From Candidatus Jordarchaeia archaeon (GTDB lineage Archaea; Asgardarchaeota; Jordiarchaeia; Jordiarchaeales; Jordiarchaeaceae), in the NCBI GenBank assembly GCA_029856435.1, contig JAHQXB010000066.1:1-45032 (forward strand): DNA of 45,032 nucleotides, given 5' to 3'. This document shows, piece by piece, positions 29,273-38,303 of the stretch. Below the pieces are notes generated by a model. That model did not search any database and was not told the origin of the DNA. It saw only the letters and a program-made list of their open reading frames with translations. The position numbers and the translations under genes are program-made. Numbering within the stretch: position 1 is the stretch's first letter; each line of letters opens with the position of its first letter.

Positions 29273-30427
29273 ATGAACTACAGGATATTTGAAACTTCTA
29301 AAACATCTCCATCAACATGTAGGGTCTGCGGCAAACAAAGTCCATTAGTATCGGGGAATCTGGGCGTGTGTGGAAGATGCATAGTGGACAACCCAGATGA
29401 GGCGCTCCCCCACGCCCTTAAAGCTCACAAGTTAAGTCGAGCTAAATTCAATCTACCAGAATCTCCTCCCAAAGATAAAAATGGGATACTCTGCGGAAAT
29501 TGTGTAAACAACTGCAAAATACCCCCCGGAGAAAGAGGTTACTGTGGACTCGTAGAAAACAAGGAGGGAAAACTATTTCGATACGCGGGAACTCCGGGAA
29601 GAGGCCTACTAGACTGGTACTATGACCCCCTACCCACCAATTGTGTTGCCTCTTGGGTATGTCCAGGATGCACCAGTTCCGGCTTCCCAAAATACACTAA
29701 CAAACGAGGACCAGAATACGGACAGGTAAATCTAGCCGTCTTCTATGGAGCTTGCTCCTTTGACTGTCTGTTCTGTCAAAACTGGCATTACAGAGAAAAC
29801 ACAAGCAAACTCGAACCAATACTAAGCGCAAAAAACCTAGCAGAGAAATGCACAAAAAGAGTCTCCTGCATATGTTATTTCGGGGGCGACCCCGCAGTGC
29901 AAATGCCTCACAGTATAAAAACAGCAGAAATCGCTATAGAAAAAGCAAAGACGGAATGGAACGGACTAATGCGAATATGCTGGGAAACAAACGGATCCAT
30001 GAACTGGGTCATCCTAGAAAAAGCCGCACAGTTAGCACTAAACTCAGGAGGAAACATAAAATTCGACCTCAAAACTTGGAGCGAACCCCTAAATATCGCC
30101 CTATGCGGAGTAACCAATCAGAGAACCCTGAAAAACTTCAAAAAAATGGGGAAGTACTTCGAACAAAGACCTGAAACCCCCCTACTAGTAGCAAGCACCC
30201 TCCTAATACCGGGATACGTAGAAGTAGAAGAAGTGCAAAAAATAGCGGCTTTCATAGCAGACATAAACCCCGAAATACCCTACTCCCTACTTGCCTTCTA
30301 TCCAAAATACATAATGAACGACCTTCCAACAACCAGTAAAAAACTGGCACTCGAAAGCGCAGAAGCCGCCAAAAAAGCTGGATTAAAAAACGTCAAAATT
30401 GGAAACATCCACCTACTTTCAGATTAA
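29273..30427 (+). CDS. Radical SAM protein (PflA/AmmeMemoRadiSam-like) with Cys-rich N-terminus
   Basis: CSFDCLFCQN (CxxxCxxC), GGDP, WETNG, extra CxxC clusters, GNIHLL end. Confidence 0.9.
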   Translation: MNYRIFETSKTSPSTCRVCGKQSPLVSGNLGVCGRCIVDNPDEALPHALKAHKLSRAKFNLPESPPKDKNGILCGNCVNNCKIPPGERGYCGLVENKEGKLFRYAGTPGRGLLDWYYDPLPTNCVASWVCPGCTSSGFPKYTNKRGPEYGQVNLAVFYGACSFDCLFCQNWHYRENTSKLEPILSAKNLAEKCTKRVSCICYFGGDPAVQMPHSIKTAEIAIEKAKTEWNGLMRICWETNGSMNWVILEKAAQLALNSGGNIKFDLKTWSEPLNIALCGVTNQRTLKNFKKMGKYFEQRPETPLLVASTLLIPGYVEVEEVQKIAAFIADINPEIPYSLLAFYPKYIMNDLPTTSKKLALESAEAAKKAGLKNVKIGNIHLLSD

Positions 30428-30727
30428 CAACATGAAAATAGAAAAATAAACTGCAAAACCTAATTTTCCTAATCACCAAATTCTGAAAAACCCTCCTCCA
30501 AACTGCTCCATTTACCCAAACAAGTATAGTACAACAAGCACATATTCTTGTTATTTGGTACATAAAAACGTACTAATCCCATACACTTTGGTAGGTTTGA
30601 GAATCGGGAGGGAAAGATTATACCCCCTCCTTCAAACAAGCTAAGAACATAAACATATATTGTCCTCACAAAAAATCATATCTGTTACATTGTGCCACTA
30701 GAAAAGGCACATTTAACCTAGCGTTAC

Positions 30728-31830
30728 CTATTGTGAGACTATGTTTGAGTAGCTCATCCCATACCTCGTAGTAGTAAGTTTCTTTACACCACCAGCTTCA
30801 GATGGGGTGCAGCCCAGTGTTCGATGCACTTTTAGGAGGTTGTAGCCTATGGAGAGAAGCTTGAAGGTGTTTTTAAGTCCGTTCAAGATGCGGAAGTTCC
30901 TATCAAACCAGCACAAGCCTCTTCTTCAGGTACTTGAAGCGGCACTCAATATAAGCTTTGAAATAGTCCTTACCACACTCAATATGGTAGATCTCGTCAC
31001 CTCCCACTGGGGGTTTGAAAGACTCCACCAACTGGTCGAAGGGCAATGATGCGAAAGCCTATTGTAGACGCAGACCAACGGGCTGGCAGCATACCGGTGT
31101 ATGAGGTGGGCTGGTTCTTCAGCCGTGATGACACCCACCTCCTCCACTAGGACTGTTTCCTCCAGGCCGCGGTATACGTAGGCTCCCTCTCCCTCATGAG
31201 ATATGATTACTGCGTTCTTTACAGCCTCTTGGGGGATGTTTGTTCCCCTGGGCTTCCTGGTGTAATATATTTTTGTCACATTTTTTTCCTGTGTGTTGGA
31301 GGGCTGCGTCGTATTGGCCATGCATTACCCACAATTATTGTGGGTAATTTTTTTCTCTCCATTTTTTACCATATACGTGTATTTTTTGTAAACGGAAACA
31401 GGAAAATATGCGTATTTTGCATAAAATTAGAGGAAAATAATTACCCATAGCACTTATGGGTAATGCATAGGTCGTATTGGGGACTGTCGCTTGCCACGAT
31501 CTTGATTTGGGGGTTTCTGGCTTGTGCATCTTCAACTAGATTCTTGGCTGTCAGGTAGTTTCTAACCCAGCTCAAAGGTCCAGTTCACTTCTATGCGGGT
31601 CTCTGGGTTCTGGGTGCTCCAGTAGTGCCCCCAAACTCCATTTGAGTTTGTGTTCGTAAACTATTAGGATTGGTGATAGGCGGGGTGGAAGAATGTGAAT
31701 GGGTCCGAGGTTCTCTGGGCAGGCTTCTGGAGTATTTTCCAGAGTCCCGGAGCAGTTAATGCCCAAGGTTGCATGTCAGGTCCTGGTAGGAGACGCCTCT
31801 GAGGGTGTATTCTTTGAGGGCTTTGCCAGA
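30728..31830 (-). pseudogene. Degraded DDE transposase (IS6/IS240-like), interrupted by a MITE
   Basis: Fragments across frames: ALKEYTLRGVSYQDL, YWSTQNPETRIEVNWTF, RNYLTAKNLVEDAQARNPQIKIVASDSPQYD|AALQ, YIECRFKYLKKRL, YNLLKVHRTLGCTPSEAGG; many stops and frameshifts. Confidence 0.7.
31318..31470. mobile_element. MITE family B (153 bp) with 32-bp TIRs and 10-bp target duplication
   Basis: TIR ccatgcattacccacaattattgtgggtaatt vs ctatgcattacccataagtgctatgggtaatt (26/32); exact direct repeat gtcgtattgg at 31308-31317 and 31471-31480. Confidence 0.9.
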
Positions 31831-31836
31831 AAAAAA

Positions 31837-31868
31837 TTCGTAAAATTTATATAGAAGTGCTATAACAC
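31837..31868 (+). promoter_or_regulatory. BRE/TATA promoter of second thermosome gene, shared extended element
   Basis: ttcgtaaaatttatatagaagtgctataacac; 27/32 identical to 249-280. Confidence 0.8.
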
Positions 31869-31931
31869 TGTCCCGCAACGAAAATGAGAAAATTCTAATG
31901 CAAAAAGCAAAATCTCAGAGGAGGAAATAAC

Positions 31932-33587
31932 ATGTCAGCACAATTAGGCGGAACTCCTGTACTAATATTAAAGGAAGGTTCAGAAAGAACCGTCGGAAGA
32001 GACGCGCAAAGGACTAATATAATGGCCGCGAAAGTAATTGCGGAAGCGGTCAGGACATCACTAGGGCCACTAGGAATGGACAAAATGCTCGTGGACAGCT
32101 TCGGCGATGTGGTTATAACAAATGATGGCGCCACGATACTGAAGGAAATAGATGTACAGCATCCTGCAGCTAAGATGATGGTAAACGTGGCAAAAACCCA
32201 GGACGATGAGGTCGGAGACGGTACCACCACAGCTGTCGTACTTGCTGGTGAACTTCTCAAAAATGCGGAAATATTATTAGATCAAGAGATTCATCCCACA
32301 GTGATTATTGAGGGTTACCGCAAGGCTACTGAAAAGGCTTTAGAAATTATTGAAGAGATTTCCACAAAAACATCAATCAAAGACGAGAAAATGCTAAAAA
32401 ATGTTGCAACAGTATCAATGAGCAGTAAGGTGGTTGCTGGATCCCGCGAGTATCTAGCCGACATTGCCGTTAAAGCGGTGAAAATGGTTGCTGAAGAGGT
32501 AAACGGTAAGTGGACTGCGGACATTGATAATGTGAAGGTGGACAAGAAAGAAGGAGAAAGTCTAGAGAACACCATTTTGGTTAACGGAATAATTCTAGAT
32601 AAAGAGATAGTTCATCCAGGTATGCCCAAGAGGGTGGAAAAAGCGAAGATTGCGTTACTGGCTGCTCCCTTGGAAATCGAGAAGACAGAATTTGACGCAA
32701 AGATAAACATCACAAACCCTGAACAAATGAAGGCTTTCCTTGACCAAGAGGAACGAATGCTTAAAAACATGACAGACAGAGTCATCAAATCAGGCGCTAA
32801 CGTAGTACTTCTACAGAAAGGCATTGACGATGTTGCCCAGCACTATCTTGCCAAGGCAGGTATTCTCGCAGTTAGACGCATCAAGAAGTCAGATATGGAG
32901 AAGCTTGCCCGAGCCACTGGCGGCGAAATAATCACCAACATCGAAGACTTAACTCCAGAGGATCTAGGCGAAGCACAAGTGGTTTACGGAAAGAAGATTG
33001 GCGATGACGACATGGTATTCATTGAGGGATGTAAAAACCCCAAGTCGGTTAACATACTAATCCGGGGAGGTACTGAACTCATAGTTGACGAGGCAGAGCG
33101 AGCAATTCATGACGCTTTGTGTGTAGTTCGCGATGTAATAGAAGACGGCAAAGTCGTTCCCGGTGGCGGGGCTACTGAGATTGAGGTTTCCAAGAGGTTG
33201 AAGGAGTATGCAGACACTCTAGGTGGACGTGAACAATTGGCTGTGAAACAGTTTGCCGAGGCCCTAGAAGTGGTTCCAAGAACTCTTGCTGAGAATGCAG
33301 GTTTAGATCAATTGGACATCTTGGTTGAGTTGAGAGCGAAACATGTTAAGCCCACAGACTACGTCTACGGTGTTGACGTTTATTCTGGTAAGATTCAGGA
33401 CATGACAAAGATAAATATCTGGGAGCCAGCAGCGGTTAAGAGGCAAATTATTAAATCTGCCAGTGAAGCAGCCCAAATGATTCTCAAAATAGACGATGTT
33501 ATCGCAGCATCCACCAAGAGCTTGGGCAGCAGTCCAGGCGCTCCTCCATCAGGCGGTGAAGAAGGCGAGTCCGTAGGCGAAGATTAA
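31932..33587 (+). CDS. ths: Thermosome (group II chaperonin) subunit with acidic tail
   Basis: [30 protein letters not shown]; tail [11 protein letters not shown]. Confidence 0.97.
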   Translation: MSAQLGGTPVLILKEGSERTVGRDAQRTNIMAAKVIAEAVRTSLGPLGMDKMLVDSFGDVVITNDGATILKEIDVQHPAAKMMVNVAKTQDDEVGDGTTTAVVLAGELLKNAEILLDQEIHPTVIIEGYRKATEKALEIIEEISTKTSIKDEKMLKNVATVSMSSKVVAGSREYLADIAVKAVKMVAEEVNGKWTADIDNVKVDKKEGESLENTILVNGIILDKEIVHPGMPKRVEKAKIALLAAPLEIEKTEFDAKINITNPEQMKAFLDQEERMLKNMTDRVIKSGANVVLLQKGIDDVAQHYLAKAGILAVRRIKKSDMEKLARATGGEIITNIEDLTPEDLGEAQVVYGKKIGDDDMVFIEGCKNPKSVNILIRGGTELIVDEAERAIHDALCVVRDVIEDGKVVPGGGATEIEVSKRLKEYADTLGGREQLAVKQFAEALEVVPRTLAENAGLDQLDILVELRAKHVKPTDYVYGVDVYSGKIQDMTKINIWEPAAVKRQIIKSASEAAQMILKIDDVIAASTKSLGSSPGAPPSGGEEGESVGED

Positions 33588-33680
33588 GAGTTTTTGCCCC
33601 TAGAACACGGAAAAGACTTAAAAGGGTAAATGGTAATTCAGTGTACACTGTATTCCACTTTCTTTTATTTCACTAAACAC

Positions 33681-33950
33681 TTGGGGGCTAACAGAATAGA
33701 ACAAATAGAAATCAAAATCGGACCGCCAAGGCTCACCAAGTATGAAAAGTCTAGAATAATAAGTACCCGGGCTTTGCAAATTATTATGGCAGCACCAATA
33801 CTGATTGATTTACCTGAAAAGGTAACTGATCCCATAATTATAGCTACCATCGAGCTGGAGTCGGGTGTTTTACCGTTAGTTATTCGTCGCACTCTACCTA
33901 ATGGTCAGTTTCAGGATATCCCCATTAAATATCTCCTTCAGGGAGAATGA
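33681..33950 (+). CDS. rpo6: DNA-directed RNA polymerase subunit K/Rpo6 (Rpb6/omega homolog)
   Basis: GPPRLTKYEKSRIISTRALQI.MAAP...LPLVIRRTLP. Start uncertain; TTG 33681 chosen, ORF open from 33630. Confidence 0.9.
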   Translation: MGANRIEQIEIKIGPPRLTKYEKSRIISTRALQIIMAAPILIDLPEKVTDPIIIATIELESGVLPLVIRRTLPNGQFQDIPIKYLLQGE

Positions 33951-33980
33951 CTTTTTAACCCTTTTTTATTTTAATGGCGG

Positions 33981-34526
33981 GTGCATGGAACGGCGAAGGT
34001 TTACTCTCTTAAGGATGGTTCAACCGTCACAATTCGCGATGCTAACATAAAGGATTTGGCGGGCATCTGGAAAGTTTTTAGTTCGGTAGTTGAGGAGAAA
34101 AAGTGGATTCCCGTGCTTTCTGCGGAAGAGAATGATTTTGAACGCTTATCTTGGTTCTCACACCATAAGAATGCGGGTAGCATTATTTTAGTTGCTGAGC
34201 TTGAAGGACTGGTGGTGGGACATTGCCTTGTTGAACGTGATGATTGGGACGCCGCGGCGCATGTGGGTAACCTAGGAATAATGATAATCGCTGAGCACAG
34301 GGGAAAGGGTGTGGGAGATGCTTTGATGTCAGAAGCAATAATTAGAGCGCGGGATGAGGGGTTTGAAAAAATCTGTTTGAGCACCTTTAATACCAACCTA
34401 GTTGCGATAAAACTTTACAAAAAGCACAATTTTCAGATGGTTGGTGTCAGGAAGCGCCAGTTTAAAATGGAGGGAGAGTATAAAGACGAAGTATTAATGG
34501 ATCTCATGCTTAACTCTTCAAAATAA
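33981..34526 (+). CDS. GNAT family acetyltransferase
   Basis: HVGNLGIMIIAEHRGKGVG acetyl-CoA motif, N..AIKLYKKHNF. Confidence 0.88.
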   Translation: MHGTAKVYSLKDGSTVTIRDANIKDLAGIWKVFSSVVEEKKWIPVLSAEENDFERLSWFSHHKNAGSIILVAELEGLVVGHCLVERDDWDAAAHVGNLGIMIIAEHRGKGVGDALMSEAIIRARDEGFEKICLSTFNTNLVAIKLYKKHNFQMVGVRKRQFKMEGEYKDEVLMDLMLNSSK

Positions 34527-34531
34527 TCTAA

Positions 34532-34867
34532 CTATACTTTTTTCAGGGCGCCCCGGTAAAGATTTACCACTTCTTCCTGTAGTTTGCCCGCAAGTTTTTT
34601 CCAAAGCTCTTCAGCTTCCTCTCTTCTTCCCGAGGCAAGTGCTTTGGCCACCTTTGCAAGCCGCAAGTGGTCATCCTCTAAATTTCCCGTCTTGCAAGCG
34701 TCAAGCGCCTCCTCGGCGAAGTATTTTGCTTGAGGTATGTCGTCGGCTATTATTGAGGTGAAGGAAGCTAGGGAGTAATAGTCAGATGCAGAAGCGTAAT
34801 CTTCAATTTTTAATGCGTCTTCTGCATGCTCTCTATAATATCGCATCCACTGATCCAATTTTGACAT
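34532..34867 (-). CDS. Hypothetical all-helical (TPR-like) protein
   Basis: GGAGA SD; Ala-rich helical repeats (AEDALKIEDYASASDYYSLA; AKYFAEEALDAC). Confidence 0.7.
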   Translation of the reverse strand: MSKLDQWMRYYREHAEDALKIEDYASASDYYSLASFTSIIADDIPQAKYFAEEALDACKTGNLEDDHLRLAKVAKALASGRREEAEELWKKLAGKLQEEVVNLYRGALKKV

Positions 34868-35146
34868 TTAACCATCTCCTATCTTTATGTAGCATACCTT
34901 TTATTTATGCCTTTGATTTTTGATGGAAACCCATATTTCACAGATCCTTTGGGGCTATTTGGATTACTGTACTTTTCATTTATTAAAAGCGATACTTTCG
35001 CGATTTCACCGAGCCGATATGGAAACCCTTTTTCAAAGAAACGAAGTGTAGCGATAGGAAGCTATGTAGCCCCTACAAATGATTCCCAAATCTGCGGAAG
35101 ATGGGTTGAAACGACGATATATTTTAAATAATGGATAATTAAAATT

Positions 35147-35283
35147 GTATGAGGGTTTGTTATGAAAAACTCTAGGTTTTCATTCTTTATCTAAAACGCG
35201 TAAGCGTATTTACGTTTACCATGAAAAAAGCTTTAGATTTTCATCCTTTGTCTAAAGCGCTTTAGTGTATGGGTGTTTGGCTG
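35147..35283 (+). repeat. Degenerate tandem ~60-bp repeat (about 2.3 units), copy 2
   Basis: Units gtat....gttt...atgaaaa...tag.ttttcat.cttt.tctaaa.cgc; internal palindrome ATGAAAA...TTTTCAT. Confidence 0.7.
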
Positions 35284-35529
35284 TCGTGTTTGAATAACGG
35301 ATACTGAGGGCTCTAAAATCCGAAGGAAGGCTTATTTGGACTTTAGCGAATATTTCCCACCATGGAAAAGAAAATAAGGCAGCCCTCCTTTTAAGGGAAG
35401 GAAGCATATAAAACCAAGTCGGCTCCCAAGAGCTAAATACATACTTAAAATTTAGCTTTTATAGCGCTTGAGGTAAAAATTTTTCTTGAATGTTTAAAGG
35501 ATGAGTTCCTTAAAATGGCTTGATAGGTT

Positions 35530-36306
35530 GTGTGTACTATGGGTAAGTGGCAAGATCTGGATGAAAAATTAAATAGGTATCTTAGGCTAGCCACGTTTCC
35601 AATAGGAGTAAAGCTACTTGAAAATAAGGAAGAGCTAAAAAGGATAAGCAAAATAAAAAGGCCAGAAAAGAAAATAGCCCTCTGCCAAATGTTCACCTAT
35701 TCCCGGTATTATGGGTGGACAATGGGACTAACAGAAGAAGATAATGTTTGCCCATTAGCTGAGATTGCTATGGGCTTCGTTGAGCCTTACGACATTTTTT
35801 TGGAGGGATACTTTTTCGTCGGAAGATACCACGAAACGCAAGAAGCAGCCAAGAAAACTTCAGAGATGATACCTAAAATGCCCCATAGAAAAATTTCCGC
35901 TATAGTTTCGGGTGCTCTGGAACGGATTGATTATGACCCTGATTTGATAATTATCTATGGTAACTCAGCTCAAATGTTGAGGATAATTCAGGGCGCCCTA
36001 TGGAAGGAGGGTGGCAGGCTAACTATTTCCACATTTGGAGATGCTGTCTGTGCAGACACCATCACGAATGCGTACCTTACTGGGAAGCTTCAAGTTGCTT
36101 TGCCATGCCTTGGCGATCGCCGCTTCGGACTAGCAATGGATGGTGATTTGGTGGCTTCTATACCTTTGGGGATTATTAACTCAGTAATAGAAGGCTTGGA
36201 GGGAACACATAAGGCAGGGTCACGCTATCCAATACCGTATGAGATTTGTACGCCGGAGTTCTTTGTCAAGATGAGGCCTCAAATAGAAGAGGCTAGAAAA
36301 AAGTGA
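35530..36306 (+). CDS. DUF169 family protein
   Basis: FPIGVKL, ALCQ, CPLAEIAMG, PDLIIIYGNSAQ, DAVCAD, LPCLGDRRFG. Confidence 0.85.
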   Translation: MCTMGKWQDLDEKLNRYLRLATFPIGVKLLENKEELKRISKIKRPEKKIALCQMFTYSRYYGWTMGLTEEDNVCPLAEIAMGFVEPYDIFLEGYFFVGRYHETQEAAKKTSEMIPKMPHRKISAIVSGALERIDYDPDLIIIYGNSAQMLRIIQGALWKEGGRLTISTFGDAVCADTITNAYLTGKLQVALPCLGDRRFGLAMDGDLVASIPLGIINSVIEGLEGTHKAGSRYPIPYEICTPEFFVKMRPQIEEARKK

Positions 36307-36313
36307 ACTTTCA

Positions 36314-37036
36314 TTATTCTTCTTGCTGTATACTTAGTAGAATTTCTCCAAGTCTTTTGGTCATCAAATTAAATATTTTTTCTCCCTTCTCTGCAGAAGC
36401 TTTTCGGGGATCACCCATAACACCAGTTTTTAACCATTCCCTTCCCGAGGGTCTCACGAGAAAGGGTGTGCCAGAGGAATGTTCCTCTATAGCCTTTTCC
36501 ATTTGAACACTATCAGGTTTAAGGAACAGCATAAGAGAAGTCTCTAACTCACATGCATGCTGGGGTGCGGTTTCCAATATTTTAAATAAATCTTCCACTG
36601 CTAAATCCATACTTGAAACTAGATATACTTTTACGTTTTTGTTTTCCAGTGAAAATTCGAAAGCCGCTTCTTTTAATGTGACGAGGTGTGTGGAGCCAGC
36701 ATGGAAACTGAAGAGTACAATCTTTTTGAATCCCTGGCTGGCCAATTCAAACAGGATATCCTTAGCCAGTTGTTTAAGGGTATCAAATCGAAGGGAAACT
36801 GTTCCTGGAAATTCTCGAGTAGTGCGGCACAAACCATAATTCACGATGGGGGCTACAAGGAAACCTGAGTTTTCTGCCCCTTTTTTCACAATGGCGTAAC
36901 AGAGGTCGCTGTCGGTTGATATGGGTAAGTGTGGACCGTGTTCTTCAACTGAGCCGAATGGCACTAGGATAGGTTTTTGTTCCTTTAACGCCTTTTCGAT
37001 TTCAACCCAAGTCATTTCCTCAAGCATATATTTCAA
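36314..37036 (-). CDS. Creatininase/creatinine amidohydrolase family protein
   Basis: PFGSVEEHGPHLPISTD, HACELETS, GVMGDP. Confidence 0.9.
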   Translation of the reverse strand: MKYMLEEMTWVEIEKALKEQKPILVPFGSVEEHGPHLPISTDSDLCYAIVKKGAENSGFLVAPIVNYGLCRTTREFPGTVSLRFDTLKQLAKDILFELASQGFKKIVLFSFHAGSTHLVTLKEAAFEFSLENKNVKVYLVSSMDLAVEDLFKILETAPQHACELETSLMLFLKPDSVQMEKAIEEHSSGTPFLVRPSGREWLKTGVMGDPRKASAEKGEKIFNLMTKRLGEILLSIQQEE

Positions 37037-37177
37037 GTGTACTCCTCCTTGTTAACCTTTTTTGAAGAGTTCGGTGTTCTAGGTGGGGAATAGGAGGCGG
37101 CTTATAATTTCTGGTTTTGGAATTTTTAGTCTTGTGGTGGGGGTAAATTTATTATCCGATTTCCATAGAAATAATGT

Positions 37178-38275
37178 TTACAGCTTATTGTAGATTCCTT
37201 TCCAATCAACTTCTTTTTCCACTATTTCTTTTAGTTTTTTAATTCTTTGAGTGCTGGTTGGTTTCAGTTTTCCAGTGAGTCCCTCTAGTTTACATATTGT
37301 GGTGTAGGTATCATATGGTACTAGAATTACTGGAACGTTTTTTTCTTTGGCTACTGATAAAACTCTTACGGTAGGATAAAGGTTGCCCGTGAGAATTAAA
37401 ACCGAGGTGTTCGTTTCAAGAGCAGCTAAAGCTACATCTTCCCTGTCTCCACCCATTACCACGGCTTTGTTTATTCCCCGTCTAAAATATTTTATAGCGC
37501 TTTCAGCAGTCATGGAACCTACTAAAATGTCCTCTACTAGTATGTCGTCTAGGTTTTCGGGGCCTTCGATTAGTTCTCCCTCAACAAGGTCTTGAATGTC
37601 GGCAACGGAAGGGGCTGTGAGTTCTCTGTTTTCCTCTATTATTCCCCATACCTTTATGTCGTTTTCTTCGAGTATTGATTTGACTATGCCTTTTGTTCTC
37701 TCCAAATAAATCCTTGGGATATTGTTTAAAACTGCACCTATAAAGTTTATGTTGAACGTGTGAAGTATAGTTTTTCTGAAAATTAAGTCGTCGACGGCAA
37801 GGTCGCTTCTAATTTGGCTGGTTATGAGGTAAGGGGTATTGAATTTTTTGGCTAGGTGAAAGTTTGATAATTTTCTGCTGTAGAGAAGTTGCATTATGTG
37901 TCCTCCCTCAATGATTAGCACGTCAACTCCTTCTGAAACATTTTTGTAGGCTTCCTCAATTTTTCTTTCAAGGTCTTCGCTACTTTCCCTAGCCATCGAA
38001 GTCAAGTAATCAAAAGTGGCTAATACTGGAACAATATAGTCTAAGGGGTGTTTAAGCTTTAGCACCTCTTTCATCAAGACAGCATCTGCATCGTTGAAGT
38101 ATCCTAGTTTTTTTCCTGAAGGTGCACGCTCCTTTATAAAAGACTGCCATCCAATTGGTTTAAAGTAACCTACCTCCAGACCCTGTTCTCGCAATATGAG
38201 GGCTAGGGCTAAGCAGAGCGCTGTTTTACCGCTGTTTCGAACACCTGAAACCAGCAATTTTTTTGGTTCTCTCAT
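37178..38275 (-). CDS. Phosphotransacetylase N-terminal-like protein (BioD-like P-loop + DRTGG), no Pta catalytic domain
   Basis: RNSGKT, GYFKPIG, LIIEG, MGGDREDV, LILTGNLYP. Confidence 0.85.
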   Translation of the reverse strand: MREPKKLLVSGVRNSGKTALCLALALILREQGLEVGYFKPIGWQSFIKERAPSGKKLGYFNDADAVLMKEVLKLKHPLDYIVPVLATFDYLTSMARESSEDLERKIEEAYKNVSEGVDVLIIEGGHIMQLLYSRKLSNFHLAKKFNTPYLITSQIRSDLAVDDLIFRKTILHTFNINFIGAVLNNIPRIYLERTKGIVKSILEENDIKVWGIIEENRELTAPSVADIQDLVEGELIEGPENLDDILVEDILVGSMTAESAIKYFRRGINKAVVMGGDREDVALAALETNTSVLILTGNLYPTVRVLSVAKEKNVPVILVPYDTYTTICKLEGLTGKLKPTSTQRIKKLKEIVEKEVDWKGIYNKL

Positions 38276-38303
38276 TTCTTAAAACCTTACCCATTTTTTA
38301 GTT

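Noticed and set aside
34890-35131. Protein-like minus-strand frame with an internal TAG, and a 74-aa plus-strand ORF
   Set aside because: No recognisable family, no start or SD; at most an unidentifiable relic.
35147-35283. Possible CRISPR mini-array
   Set aside because: Units are degenerate along their whole length with no unique spacers, and no cas genes are present.
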